Below are positions 15,961 through 30,670 of a DNA stretch of 64,000 nucleotides, piece by piece. The notes below the pieces were generated by a model. That model was not told where the DNA came from. It saw only the letters and a program-made list of their open reading frames with translations, and ran no database searches. The first letter of the stretch is position 1. Each line of letters opens with the position of its first letter. The stretch is from assembly GCF_009914755.1 (NCBI RefSeq), contig NC_060933.1; one strand, written 5' to 3'. Source of the DNA: the human T2T-CHM13v2.0 reference genome, Homo sapiens. The translations under genes were made by a program, and so were the position numbers.

Positions 15961-18900
15961 TCAACCCATTACAGGTACCAAAGTAGTTTTTCATGTTTAT
16001 TTACAAGTCTTATCTTCTGACAAAGCACTTGAAAAGGTTCCTACCTTCTCACCATCCTGATGTTTACTCTCTGATGGCACTCTACATAGGGCCATCTGGA
16101 AACAGAAAGGATGAGATGGCACATTAAGTGAGTGCAAGGGGTTTGCTTTGACTAAAGTTAGGGTGTTGGGAAGCCAAATTCCTCTAGACATGGGCAGGTC
16201 AAGAAAGAACTTTGATAACATGTAAAGAACTAGGACTTTTTTTTTTTTCACAGTCACTGACGGATTTTAAGAAAATGAGTGACAAAAACTTATGTACATC
16301 TTAGAAATATCCCCCTAGCAAATTGTGCATCACGGATCAAGGGTAAAGAGGAGTGAGTGGGAGGTGGTTCTGGAGGAATGGAGTCTAGGGAGAATGAATA
16401 TTTTGCAGTAGTTGAAGTGAGAAATAAGCCTGGACTAAAGATTGCAGAGGAGACACTGATAGATAAGAAGGTAAAATAGATTATGGCAGAGGCACAAAGG
16501 GCTTTGCAGGGGCTTCTCTCACTGGGTAAAGAATTAGAATATATGGATTCCAATGATCCAGTATCTGAGCAGAGAAGTCATCTCTGCATGGGTTGATATG
16601 GGTGAGCTGGCAGCCTAGTCCTCTAAACACGTAGTTCTCTCTTCAGACTTACCTAGTTGAGTGCTTCCCTTTCTTTCCACCATGCTTCCCTCTTACTGTC
16701 AGAGATCCCCAGTGAAGGATACGCCTTCATTAAGTCTTCTTTTCCCCTTTGTACATTAGCTACCTTCCTGTAATTCAGTACCTCATATCAGATACTTTTG
16801 AATATTTGGAGAATCCTGTAGGGAAAAACCCACCTCTTTGGGATCCCTTCATTGAATGTGAAGACACTTGAAACTCATCTGCTGGTTAGGGACATATTTC
16901 CACAAGACTATAGAAACAGGGGCCTAAGCCAGGAGAATTCTCCAGATTTGGGTTTGCCCTATATCTTATTCTTAGATGTATCTTAGAACAAGCCATAAAG
17001 AACTGAGGGGATATTTGATCAATATTAACCCAGTTAGTCTCCACTTAGTACAAGAGGTTCATTTCTCCCTGGGATGTCAAATTTTGGATTCCTTTTAGAG
17101 GATCCTCGGTATATGGCCTCTTTGTTTCCTTTGGGTATAGAGATTGAGGCAGGGCCAATGCACTCTGTGGCTTGGGCTGGGATATATATATAAACAAATA
17201 CTACTTTAGGACCGGCATTAGTCCTAAATCTGGGAGCTGTGACTTTTGATCGGGTTTATGTGAGAGGGCAGTAGACATATAGGTTTCTTATGATCATGAA
17301 TTGTTAATTATTTGGTCCTGAAATAGATAGGGGGCCACAGCCTTTGGAGGTACAGGCTGAAAACCTAACTGGTTAGCTGGCCAGTTCCAAGAAGTTTATC
17401 AGCTCCTTATGTTCAAGTTTCTGCTAATCAGGGATGGTCCTTGACCTGATTGTAGGACTAAGACTTGTCAGCAATTTATGACTCTTAGGGCCTGCCTTGC
17501 AGCTTGTCGGGTCTGTTTAGGTAACAAAGCAGCTATGTCTTAGTGCATCAGTAAAGTCAGCACATCTCTGCCAGGCTTGTCACTCCCCTAGGATGGCATG
17601 CTCCTCAGGGAAGGAGCAGGATTACCTCCTGCTGCCCGTCATTCTCTGCTGCATATGCTTTCTCCATGGTGTAGGGAGGGCATCATTCTACAGCGGGAAA
17701 AATGACTTTTCTTAGCCACCAGAAAAATCATCTTCCTCATGAAATAAATCCCAGCTGTGTGACTATATGTCAGCTTTTTCATGTTGCTTCTGGCTTTCCT
17801 CAGCAGTAGAGAAGGAAAACAGTCACAAGCTGACTCTTGCATGATATAGATATTGGCCGCACCCATCCTTTGTACTCTGCGTCTGTGTTGATATTGGACA
17901 ATAAGGTAAGCACCTGCTGGTCCTGACCCAGCCTGTCTCTGGCATTGACACCTGAAAAGGCAGGCCAGGTTTGGAGCAGGCATATTCTTTGCTTCTAGAC
18001 CAGTTGTATCTGACGTCAGGGAGACTTAGACTGGTTTGTATGAGTAGGGAGAATTGTGATTGGTGAGGCCCTCCTCCAGTATTTCTGTGACACCACTCAG
18101 TTGCTTTAGCTGAAGATGAATTTTGTATGCCAGGTGGTTTTCTGACTAACCCACCCATTCGGCTCCCCTTTAGAACTCCTGCAGGTCTGAACCTTCCCAC
18201 AACTCTGCGTGAGTGTCAGTGTATCATGTTGAGTTTCCATCTTGACTCATCTGTCTCTAGGCGAAGATCCCTGCAAGGATTTAAATTGGGAACCAGACCT
18301 TGAGAATGTCTGTTCAGAGCATTTCACAGCTTCTGGATAAATGCCTTTTCCTTCTTAACCCAATCTGTTTTTCCAGTTCTGCCCAGCTAGCTCCTGAGCA
18401 GCCTACTTTGAGGAAGCTTCCCAACTGAGGTGGGTGCTGTGCTATTTCTTACCTCTAAAAAGCACCCTATCCTTTCGGCCTACTCAGGCTTCCCCAGGGC
18501 CAGATCCACTGTGATGAGGGGGCTGCATTGTTGCCCATGTGGCTCACAAAACAAATTGCCTGCTTGTCCCAAAGAGCTAGTCCACTGAGGAGTCCTGATG
18601 TCCTTTGGCCATGTGGTGTCTGGCACTCTGTGGGCCCTGTAGAACAGTGGCAGAAGGGGCCATGCTCTTTTACAAGAGCTTCCACTGACTGTTTGCCACT
18701 TCCCCACTTACTCTGTTTCTTGCTTTTGCTGGAACATGGGAAGGTGGATAGATACAAAGGTAATTTGTGGTCAAAGCTGCATGAGCTCTCCTGTGAAGTT
18801 TGAAGATTGTAACTGGAGATGGCAGATTTGTTGTGCCTCATGTGCTAACCACGTCTTCTACTGCCTGAGCCTTTGTTTTTCTGGAAAGCCCAAGCTGCTT

Positions 18901-20779
18901 AGAAAAATGGGCTGGATGTGTTTGGGTGACAAGACAGGGTGGGTTCCATTAGCCTCAGAAATGCCATCTGGAGGCCTTAGCCAGGCCTTAGGGCCACTTT
19001 GTCAATTAGGCAGGAAGAAGTAGGTTCTTTTAGCAGGGTCCTACCTCTGGGGAATCTTTCCCACTCTTGAAAGTTTGAGCTTCTCCTTAGCCTAGGAAGC
19101 CTGACCAAACCTGATAGTGACAGCCACTGTTCTGGGCTCTTTATGAGTGGCTGCAGATTTGGGGGAGGGAATTCTAATTTAATCAATCTTCCCTATATTT
19201 CTTGTTTTAAACCTTTTACCTCCTTCTCCTGGCTGAAGGATGGGAAACTCCACAGTAAATTGGCTGTGACTTCCACAGAAACTTGACAGTTTTCAAGTTA
19301 TTTTTTTCCTCTGTGTTTAGATGCGGTTATAGTTGTGCTGTCAGGCCTTATCTCTTCTGTCATCTAGCCAGCTCCCAACTAGGTTAGGAGGTATGTGCTC
19401 TGCTGTTAGTGTTGGCTGTGTAATGAGGTGGATGGCTAAGAAATGGGTTGTTTAGCATCTCTTGGAATCTAAATTTTCTTCCTTGGTTGAGGGGGAAGCA
19501 ATGTTATTGGAAGAAGGCAGTAGGGAGGCACATGTTGGCTCTGAAATCAACCCTTTCTTCTCAGGATCTTGGATAAGCCAAACAAATCATTCTTAATTTA
19601 AATGCTTGTTTTATCTACCATAAAGGGCTGCCTGTTCTGCAATGGCAGATCCTAGGATGGTCCCCATAGACTGACTACCTGGTTTGTGGGCTAAAGAGGC
19701 CATACTCTGTTGTGGATTGCCATGAGGAATGTTGCAGGGCAGCAGAAGTCACAAGGTTTGAGAGCCTGGTTTGGGCATGCTGGGTAAATCAAACTTGCCC
19801 ACGTACTGTTGGCCTAAGGAGGAAGAGGGCCTTTTCTCTTAAGATCAAGCTCAGGGGAGTCAGAAGAGGAATGACTTCACTGGATTGTTACTGGCTGATC
19901 GAGCTCTATATTGAGAAGGATTCTGAGGTTATCTAGGTTCATTATGCGATGTTTTTCATGTCCTATGGTTGCAGAGTGGAAAGGGGATATCACATTTCAT
20001 GTATTTGGCATTTTATGCTACAGAGCTTCAAGGGGTCCTGGCTTGTGCTCGGACATTATGTTGCAGTGAACAACTTGAGTGTTCTTTGAAGATAAGGACA
20101 TTCAATTTCCCAGTGAGTCCTAACTAGAATTGTTGAATTATTAGGAATTAGGGTCACATGAGAGCCACCTGGCTAGTGAGTCTCCAGGGAGATAGGGCAT
20201 CCATTGGCAAAGAAGGGTTATGAAATTTGGGGTCATAAAAGGGGCCCTGAACCTTAGGCAGCTTTTTGGTCATGGTGATATCACTTTAGGTTACTTCGTT
20301 CCTAATTCTGGATTCTGAAACCATCTTTGGTCTAGACTTCTGCAATACAGAGTTCATCTCAGCTCACCTAACTTCCCCTCCTTCTCTCGGGTTGTTGCTT
20401 TGGCATAGCCTGAGGGAGCTCTTATTTTCCAGTTGATTCTCTTGTGGTGGTTGTTCAGTAAGAACTGGAATAGATGTCTACTCCAAGAACATGGCACTGT
20501 TTGATTTTAACTGCACTTGATCACTGTACCTATCCTTCAGCTTTGCCAAATGCTGACAACAGATTATATATACACGAAACCAACCAACCAACCAACTTAG
20601 AGCTTGTCTCAGTAGAAGGGAAGACTCCCTTTGTATTGTGCTCCAGCAGTTCCACGGCTGGCATGCTGTGTTCCGGCTTCCCTCTGAGACTAGGAGCTCC
20701 TGAAAGTATAGGTCTCCATCTGTGTCTGTTTATATCCTATAGCCCAGATGTGAGAGAGGTGGATAGGGGAAAAGAAAGC

Positions 20780-21488
20780 AGGGAGGAGAAGAACGAGGGA
20801 AGGAAATGGAGGAGGGGAGAGAGTAAGATCTATATTTAGCAAAAGGGAGAGACACTTACCAAGGGTGTGTGAGTGAGCTTGCTGGCAAGGGTTGTGTGTG
20901 CGTGAGTGTGCTGGGAAGGGGGTGTGTGCGCCAGGAACGTGTGAGGAGGGCTGGTGCCCTATGGGAGGTTGCAGGCAGGAAGCAGCTGGAGAGGAGGAGG
21001 AGCAGCAGCAGGAGCAGGAGCTGCCCTGCTTTCTGCCTCAGTCTCAAAGCCCAGAATCGATTGAGTTAGAATTCCACATCCAGTTGAAGTTTGGCTGCTG
21101 TTGCCTTCAGCAGGCTGATCTCAGAATCCCCCTTGCCAGAGAGGTGTGGACCAGGTTAGATTTCTACGTTTGCAGCCAGTGAGACTCCTGCCAAGCCCTT
21201 CACTGAGGGGTTTTTTTGCAGGGCATTGTTTCTGTCATCAACTTTGTGCCGTGGAGCCAGCCAGCTGGGTGCAACTGAGAATATTAGCTCCTTGGGTCTG
21301 TTTGTCGGTTGGGCAAGCAGTGGTGCTTTGGCTCAGAAAGTTCGTCCTGTGGCTTCTCTGTCAAACCAAGGAGTGCTCCTGGATGGATTTCCTCTTAAAG
21401 ACAGCATTTGCCTTCTAAAACTTGAGAATTCATGGTTTTAATTTTTTTTTTTAATTTCCTTAACCCTTATTTTGGTTGCAGCAGCAAG
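20780..21488 (+). promoter_or_regulatory. UNC13B: Candidate alternative promoter and non-coding first exon of the brain-type UNC13B transcript
   Basis: Repeat-free GGA/GT-rich stretch with a TATA-like tatattta (~20831), ending at a consensus donor AAG|GTAAGT (21488/21489); lies upstream of the brain-type ATG exon. The start coordinate is a guess. Confidence 0.5.
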
Positions 21489-22037
21489 GTAAGTGGTACC
21501 GAGTGTGTATGACTGACTGAACAACAAGCAGGGCAAAAGGAAAGCATTTGTGGGTGGAATATGGAGCAGCTACATTAATTACGTAATTGCTTGAGTCAAC
21601 TTGCTGGTGAGGGGGGTCATTATAATGAGTGAAAAGTAGCATATGCCGCACTGGGGTAGAATCTTCACATGCATGTATTTGTGTGCTGATAATCTGACCA
21701 TCCATTCCTCTGTGGTACTTTCCTGTATGTATATAGATAACCCAGCCACCCTCTGGATGTGTGCATATTCATATACAAATAATCTGTTTCTCCTTTTTCA
21801 TGTGTCCATATGTGTTTATGAATAAATGACCTGTCCATTCCTCTCCTGCATGTGCATATGTATAGACAACTCATTCATCCAGCTTGCATATATGAATATG
21901 CAAAATTCGTCTCTCCCTACTTGCACATACATATATAATCCATCCCTTCATCTCCTATGTGTATGCATGTACTCAAGTAACCTTTCTGTTCTTGAATATA
22001 TTCTGTATCATTTCCACCCTTCCTGTATGTGTATATG

Positions 22038-22080
22038 TGAGAGAGAGAGAAAGAGAGAGAGAGACAGAGAGAAAGAGAAA
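22038..22080. repeat. (GA)n microsatellite, imperfect
   Basis: gagagagagagaaagagagagagagacagagagaaagaga. Confidence 0.9.
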
Positions 22081-22897
22081 AAACCACCATCCTAATGTAT
22101 TAATTCATCCCTTTCATGTGTGTATATGCCATATAAACAGAAAAGTCATCTTGAGTTTTCTCAGTCTTGAATATATGCACACATGCGCAATAGACAGTCT
22201 GTCCACTTGTGTCTTGCATGTATGAAGAAAGAGCACTAACTTTGCAGATTGAAGACTCACTTTTAAATCCTAGCTATACTCAGTGACCTTGGTCAAGTCA
22301 TTTAGCCTCTCTGAGCTTCATTTTTCTCATCTATGAAATCAGTATAATCAGAACAGTAACAACAAACCTCCTGCCTCACAGGGTTGTTGTGATGATAAAA
22401 TAGGAATCATATAAACTGAAAATTCTAAACAAATATAATCTCTTACTACTGTGTGTCCCTCTAGTATGAGTTGGATAGGATAGCGTACTCTTGGTCCAGT
22501 TTTATTGAAATTATGTTCTTGTCTGTGAGAGGTTTCTAAGTTTTCCATGTGAAGGGGAAGCATCTATTGAGGTAACCAGGTTTATCCTGTGGTTTTCTGC
22601 AGAGTATTGGAAAGAAGCGGGGTACCGTGAAAGGGTCAGGTGGAGAGGGAGAAAAGCTCTCATCTTCTGTAGGCTGGGGCCTTGATACTTTGTTTTTTGT
22701 ACGTTGAGGAGGATTGAACCTCACACAAAATGGAAATGGGCTGCTTCCAGCCAGGATCAAAGTGAGCAGGTGAAAAGATGAGTGAAAGAACGTAACATTC
22801 GACTGCCTCTGGGATGACAGTGTGCCCTTTGCAGTGAGCTTCTACTGCCAGGTTTGGAAGGCTCTCCAGAGTATTTCCCACCCCAGAATTCTAGACC

Positions 22898-23203
22898 CAT
22901 GCTGTCCAATGTGGTAGCTACTGGCCACATGTGACTGCTGAGTACTTAAAATGTGGCTAGTCTAATTTGAGATGCATTCTAAACATAAGATACATACTAG
23001 ATTTCAAGAACTTAGTATAGGAAACAAATGCAAGTATATGATTAATAATTTTTTATATTGATTATATGTTGAAATAATACTTTGGCTATTGGGTTAGATA
23101 AAATATATTAAAATTAATTCTACCTGTTTCTTTTTTATGTGGCGATTAGAAATTTTAAAATGACACATGTGGTTCACATTATATTTCTGTTAGTCAGTGC
23201 TGC
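22898..23203 (-). mobile_element. MER33-like hAT-Charlie DNA transposon
   Basis: gctgtccaatgtggtagctactggccacatgtg...aaatgtggctagtc...gtggttcacattatatttctgttagtcagtgctg. Confidence 0.7.
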
Positions 23204-24331
23204 TCTAAACTCACCCATCACTAGCACAAGGATCAGGGCAGCTTTTCCAACTCGGGGTAGGGGATGGGAGCCCTGTCACAGCATCCCTGGGGTAACAGGA
23301 ACCACAGCAGGATCTCTCCCTGCCAGTCTCATACACTGGAGAGATACCAGCTAATTGATGGTCTGGCAGAGACCGGTGCTGCCATGCCCCCACACTCTTT
23401 TTTTGTTTTTCTTTTTTCTTTTTTTGTCCTGAGTGAGTTCCCAGATAATTTTAAGTACAACTGGGGAAAGATTTCCACCTTAGTTTTACAATGAAAGAGG
23501 ACTGTAAGCCATCAATCTAGAAGGAAACCTAGAACTTGAATGCAGCATGTTGTCATGGAAACAGAAATGGATGAGAAAATTAGGAGACCTGGATTCTAAT
23601 TCGGCTCTGCCATCAATTCATTTATGCTTTCCATGACAATGAATTCTCACTGTGTGTCAGGCATAGTAATGCCCTGTTCTAGGCACTGGAAATTCAGAAA
23701 CAAATAAGACACAGCTTCCAATGTAATGGAGTTCACACCCGCTGCGGATCTTTGAATAGGAGCCTCCCATCTAGTAGTCTGCCACAGCAAAACAGATTAA
23801 TGACAACAAGGGTCTCATTCTAGGTCAAGGGTAGTAGGGCTTTTGAGAAGCTAGAGCACCTGCCCTGCCTAAAGACTTTCAAATTCAAAGTATAGAAAAG
23901 CACTATGATGGTAAGACTACTCCATAACCTAGATCACAATGTAGTGTGAGATTCCAGGCCTAGACACCCTCTAAAGGGTTTGTCCAACTATGTTCTGGTT
24001 TCTTTTATTCAATGACAGGGTTGGTTTGTTTTGGGTTTTTGTTTGTTTGTTTGTTTGTTTTTAGCACAGGCACTGTTTTAGGTGCTGAAGATACAGTTAT
24101 GAACAAAACAAAGTCCCTGCTCATGTTTTGGGATACAGAGGTCAGGGAGGGAGACAGATAATGAACAAGCTATCAGATGGGAATGAGTTCTATGAAGGAA
24201 ATTCTAGAGGAAGAGGATAGAGATGGGTTTTTTTGTGGTGGGGTGTTCAGTGAGTAGATTCTCCTGCACTCGTATCTTTTTCAGTGTACTCACAAGAGCA
24301 GGAGGTAGTAAGGAAAAAGAGGGTATGTGAG

Positions 24332-24810
24332 TGTTAAACAAAAAATTATTTTGACACTTGTTAAAGATGATAAGACAGACTTTATGTGGGGGGACGACAA
24401 TACTGGGGTTTTGTAGTGAGGGTGAACAATTGAGCTCAACTCCAAATATAAGGAAAAGTGGGAATTTAGCCAAGGAGCAGGGTGGGGTATCAGTGGACGG
24501 AAATTACTAAGATGAAGTATCAAAGGGGATTTTGGCTAAACTTACTTGACAGGATTTTTGCTGAAGGCAGGCCAAGGTGGTAAGATATCAGGGGTAGGGG
24601 ATAAGAAATTTGGTCAGATACCAAGCATAGACAGATACTAAGGGTGAAAGATGAGGAATTTGATCAGAAATCAAGGGTGGGAATTTTCACTAAAATGACC
24701 TGGCTGGATTCTTGTTAAAACTGGACTAAATGAGCCAATGTCAAGGGCCTACTCAGAAAGAGGACTCAGAGGAGCCTGACTTATGTTTCGTCAAAGAAGA
24801 GTCTTTGTCA
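24332..24810. mobile_element. LTR-like element (ERV family uncertain)
   Basis: tgttaaacaaaaaattatt...gggaatttagccaaggagcaggg...ggattttggctaaact...ggattcttgttaaaactggact resembles old ERV1 LTRs. Confidence 0.45.
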
Positions 24811-26047
24811 TGGGTTAGATTCTGGGTGTGATTGTATTTGTTGTATGCTTTGTTATACTCCTTGGTATAAAAAACCTTGCTACTGCTGAAAGGGAGCCCT
24901 GGGCAGGGCACAGAATAGCCTGCTCTCATGCCTGGCATTCAGTCTCCATTATGAGGTATTGATATGCCCTCCCTCTGAAGGCTAGGTCCGCCCTCATGCC
25001 ACTGTCTTTTAACTGTATGTTACCTGAGATTGTCTCCCTTCTTGGATATAGAGGCTTGAAGTTTTCTTTCCCTTGTATATGTCTAGCTTCTGGCCTATAA
25101 ATGGGGCTGCTCTTAATGCTGATGAGGATGGATGGCAAGTCCTAGGAACTGCAATACTGGGACCTTGCTAAGCCTTTGATCTAGGGCATTTCTCATTCCC
25201 TTTGGCTAATCTCACTTGCCATATCTTGTGCCCTGATCATTTTGATGATTAACATCCTGAGAATCCCCATACCTGCTGTGGCCCTAGAAATCCATTCCTC
25301 TTAGCCCATATTAGCCATACAACATAATTGATATATGGCCCAGAAATGCTCTGTCCTCTGTTGGGGGCTCAGAGCTCTTGGATTTCTGCTTGCTGGGATT
25401 GTTTCACACAAACTGGGAAGCTGCTTGATATATGTACATCGAGTCCTGGCCTTTTCCCAGAGGTCCCCTGGTTGTTTCCTCTAAGCCAGATTTGGGTTAG
25501 AAGCAGTTTTTACAAGGAATAGTTACATTCCTAATCACATTTATTTGATAAGTCAGAGAGAAGGATAAAAGAATCAGCCATTTCAAAAAACTGAGGTGTT
25601 TTCCTTTCTCTTTTTCGTTGGTAGGCTGGTGGTGATGCAATGTGGTTTAAGGGATCTACTCCCTGCAGTAATTGTTAGCTTTCCATCATTAAAGCTTTAA
25701 TCTTTTTGATTAATTCATTTTGTTTTGATGTGCTCCCTTTTCAAATGCAGATAGTCCTTGAAAGGGGCTGCCTTATTTTTCCCAGCCTTAGGCAGTCCTG
25801 AGGAAAAGAGCACAGAAAGGTATGGTTTTTGTCGGAATGTGTGTGTATGAAATTTGGAGAGTTGTCCAGAGTCAATAGGCCAACAAAGTAGGGCAGACAG
25901 ATAACATTGGGTATCTTAAAGGAAACTCCAAGGCTAGGTGGACTCCAGAGCCTACTTACCCCATCCCAGCTCAAACATTACTTTTCTGTGGCCTTGTATG
26001 CCTCGTTTTGCTGGGCCTCTCACCTCCTTTCCATTCCCAACCCCTGA

Positions 26048-26335
<288 letters not shown>

Positions 26336-27098
26336 AAATGCTTACTTTTTATTATAACTTTTATTATAATATGTATCACTTTATATTGTGATCATCTATA
26401 TATATCTTTCTCTCCAAATCTTAATGTATTAGAGAGCAGGTACTGCATCTTATCTCCCTGGCACACACAGTAAGTACTCATGCAGTTCAACTGACTTGGA
26501 GATCAAATGGTCCTTCTTACAGTTTGCTCCCTGTCATTTCACTTCTGTGGACAGTAGTAGCAAAGAGAGGCTGGGAAGGAGGTGAATTGGGCCTCCTGTC
26601 CCTGAGGGTTGCCCTTTCAGCCCATTCTGGCTTCTGATATTCTACTGAGCTCAGCACAGTGACTGGTTGGTCCTCTGAGCATCACATCGAGCTCCATCCC
26701 CTGCTTCAAAGCCCAAAGACTGGATTACTAAGTGAGTTTGGTGCCCTTCCTATATCACCAGAAGAGATTCTTGAGTTCAAAGTTCATCCCAGGGCAGTGG
26801 CTACCAACTCATAAGAAGGTGTGGAGGCTTTTGTTTGTTTAATATGGAAGGAAGCATCTTTGTTTGAGGCTGGGAGAAGCTGCTATGGCAGCTCTAGTTG
26901 AAAATTTCCTATTTGTCAGTAACATGGGGAACCAGGCAGCTCTGCCTTCAGTCTTCAGGAGGCCACAGGAAAGGACTCTGAACCCAGTGGCTATGCCATT
27001 TGCCCCCTGTGTGGCTGGCCAGCCAGTGTCGTAAGCACTGTAGTTTGGAAGGGAATACCTTGTAAGGTGTCCGGGAAATGAGGCCAAGTATGTCTGGA

Positions 27099-27314
<216 letters not shown>

Positions 27315-28069
27315 CTACACTGAATCAGTAGCAGTAGCAGGGGAGTCAGCTTCATTAGTGTTCCCGACAAACTGCCTTATCTGGACCAAAGTGAGGCTGG
27401 CCTTAGAAGACCTGGCAATGAATTCTGGGCCTCACCAGCATTGGAAAAATAAAGCTTGGCTTCTATAGCCATTTATCTCTTCCTCAGCGTTCAGGCTGTC
27501 TGAGAGACGGCCGGCCTCCTGACACTTGAATGAGGTGTTGGGAACTGAATGATTTACTCCTCCTTCTCCTTACCTTAAAAAGAAAACTTCTAGGAGAAAG
27601 CAGGACTAACTTTAAGGGTGACAGTCTCCTCGTAGGATTCCAGGCACTGCTGCAGACCATTAGAAGGGAGTGGGAAAGGCAGGAGTCTGGGGCAGAAGTA
27701 GAAGTCATGGCTCACTCAAATTGTGCCAGTTAGGTGGTTGGATGCTTGCTTTAGATATGGGTTTCCCTACTTTGTTGACTCAGGGACTTGCCACATCAGT
27801 AGCAATAACAACAGGACAGTGCTTTACAGTTTAGTAAGTACAGTTCTCTCATTTTAGCTTTATATAATAACATTCCTGTAATTATCTCCCCCACTTTACA
27901 GATGAGGAAACTAATTCACATAGAGGTCAAGTGTTTAATCCAAGGTCACTGGTGGAACAAGACCCAAACTTAAGTCTCTTGATGCCAGTCCAGTAGCACT
28001 TGCTCATGGCTTCATGTAGTTGTACACAGAGCTTCCATCTTAGTTTACTAAGCTTACTAAGCAATTCTA

Positions 28070-28359
<290 letters not shown>

Positions 28360-30670
28360 GCAGTACTTCTTTTTTAAAGACAAATTTGAAAGGCCACTTG
28401 CCAGCTGCAGCCCTTGTAAAGCCAGGAACATTGTTCATGGCTAATACCAAGAGCAAATCAGGGATACCCAATCCCTACATGGTTGGGGAGGAAAAAAAAA
28501 AAAAAAAAAAGGAGTATCTTTGGAAATTCAGATTTTGTCCTTGTGGGAAGAGAGAAGGAAGAATTTGGCATCCTCTAGACTTTGGAGCGTGGTCTACCTA
28601 GGCAGCTGGGCACCAAGCCCAAGACCCAGAAATTCTGGTTGTGCAGGTAGTGCATCCTCGCAGGCTAGACTGAGTTGGCCAGATTAGGGGCATGGCTGTT
28701 CCTGGCCCCATGAGACCTTGAGGTGAAGCAGTAATGCCTCACAGGATGGATAGGGTTCTTAGATGAAGAATTCCTCAATGAATTAGAGTTGTTAGATAAG
28801 CTGGAAAGAAAAGGAGAGATGTGAAATGGGAATACATGCAGTTTCTGTCTCTTGGTTCTTGGCCTAGTTATTTCTAGTAAAAAGAATCAGCTTCATCTTT
28901 ATCCCAAGTCCTCTGACTCGTCCTTCTGGTTCCTCCTAGTCTGGGGAAGCACAATGCTTTTAAATTCCAGGCCCACAGACTAGATGTAGGTGGTGGCCTT
29001 TCCTGAAAATGGGTTGCCATGAGAGCAGTCTGCCTGTGTTCTTTAAGGCATTTTCCCACTTTTAGGATTAACTTGAGTACTGGGAAAATAAAAGGAGGCA
29101 GAGTTTAGAAGATTTAGAAATCTCCATCAAATCTAGAAAATGGGGAAAGCATCCCTGGTCAAAGAACATGAAGAGTAGCATGTCTCCCACCAATCCATCT
29201 TACCCCTCCCAGGAGACCTAGCAGGACTGGAATATTAGTTGTCCCATGTGCCTCCTAGATCTCTGCTTTCCTCCTTGTACTTTCCACTCTACTGCTTCCG
29301 TACACTCTCCACATTCTCAGTAAAAAGGGAATGTATTCTCACTCCACATGAGGTAATCATCGTCTCTGCCTCTGTAATGCAGTCACCAATAGCTTAGGGT
29401 GTAGGGACTAGACTGGTGGCAAGTCTGTCTTTACCTTATTGGAGAAGAGTAAAGCACCCTGGAGCCCTCTGTGAGGTAACCCTCCCCCACATGTCCCATG
29501 TGATATTCTCTCTGGGCCAGGCAGAGGATTAGAGCAACCCTTTGTTATTAATACTTGAGCAGTGGACAGTGTGCTGGACAATCACTTATTGTGGTGCTCT
29601 GAAAGATCCTCTGTGGGCCAGGAAAGCCAAACCCAGATATTGACTAGCTGCAGCAAGCCCTTAGAGAGTATTAAGTGGAGCTCAGGAGCACCAAGCTAAG
29701 CCTAAACCTCCTTCATCCCCAGTTGTGAGTTCATGATACCTGTCTCTTTGGCTACCTGCCTCTCTACCTGCCTCTCTCATGCTAAATGCCACCTACGTCT
29801 GGACAGTGTGTGCGTACTGTGCCACTTTATTCTAGAATTAGGTAAAGAAATATTTTTCCTGCTAAGTTTAAAATACGTAAACCATTGTCCTTTCTCCAAG
29901 TGAACGGTTGCCATCACTCAACAAAGGGAAAATACTTTGTGCTATAAGCACAGGCAGGGGTAAACTTTTGAGTAAGTGGAGTCTTCACCAGAACAACAAA
30001 CTGGAAAAGAAAGAAAGAAAGAAACATTCCATGTCTTGTCTTTCACTGTGTATGTGATTTGAGCCTTGGTGGTTAAGCATTTGTTTGTTTATTTCTGAGC
30101 CAGACTCCTAGTACTGAATTTTGTGAAAGTTCAAATAAGGACTTACTCATTGACCTTACTTCATCTACCTCCCAGCAGCTTGTCTCAATATCGTTGACTT
30201 TGGGTACTTGCCCAGAACACAAGGACTTTATTTTAATTTTACATTGATACTCTAAGGGGAAGCTAATGAGAAACAACTGACTGCCCATAGCCTTTAAGAC
30301 TGGGGTTGGGAGGCAGGTCAGGGTTGATTCCTATAATCTTAGGAGATAATGTTTTTATTCCTGCTTGACAACTTGATTCAAACTAAAATCATCCTGCTAC
30401 TTTCTGACCTGAGTGCACTATTTTCCTTTTTCACTAGCTACAGGATAAATCAAGCCAGGATCCAGGGGCATGTGCGAGGTTTGGAGGCCACACATGGGGC
30501 CATTCCAGGCAGCACTGTGGGCTAAGCCCAAAGCATCAGCCAGCAATAATTGCTAGAAACAAACTGAAAAGAGCAGGACAGGCTGTTGCCTTCCAAGGTA
30601 ATCTCTATTAAGCATCCTGACCAGAAATAAGAGGAAGAAGCAGAGAACCCCTCAAACCCTGAGGGAGAAA

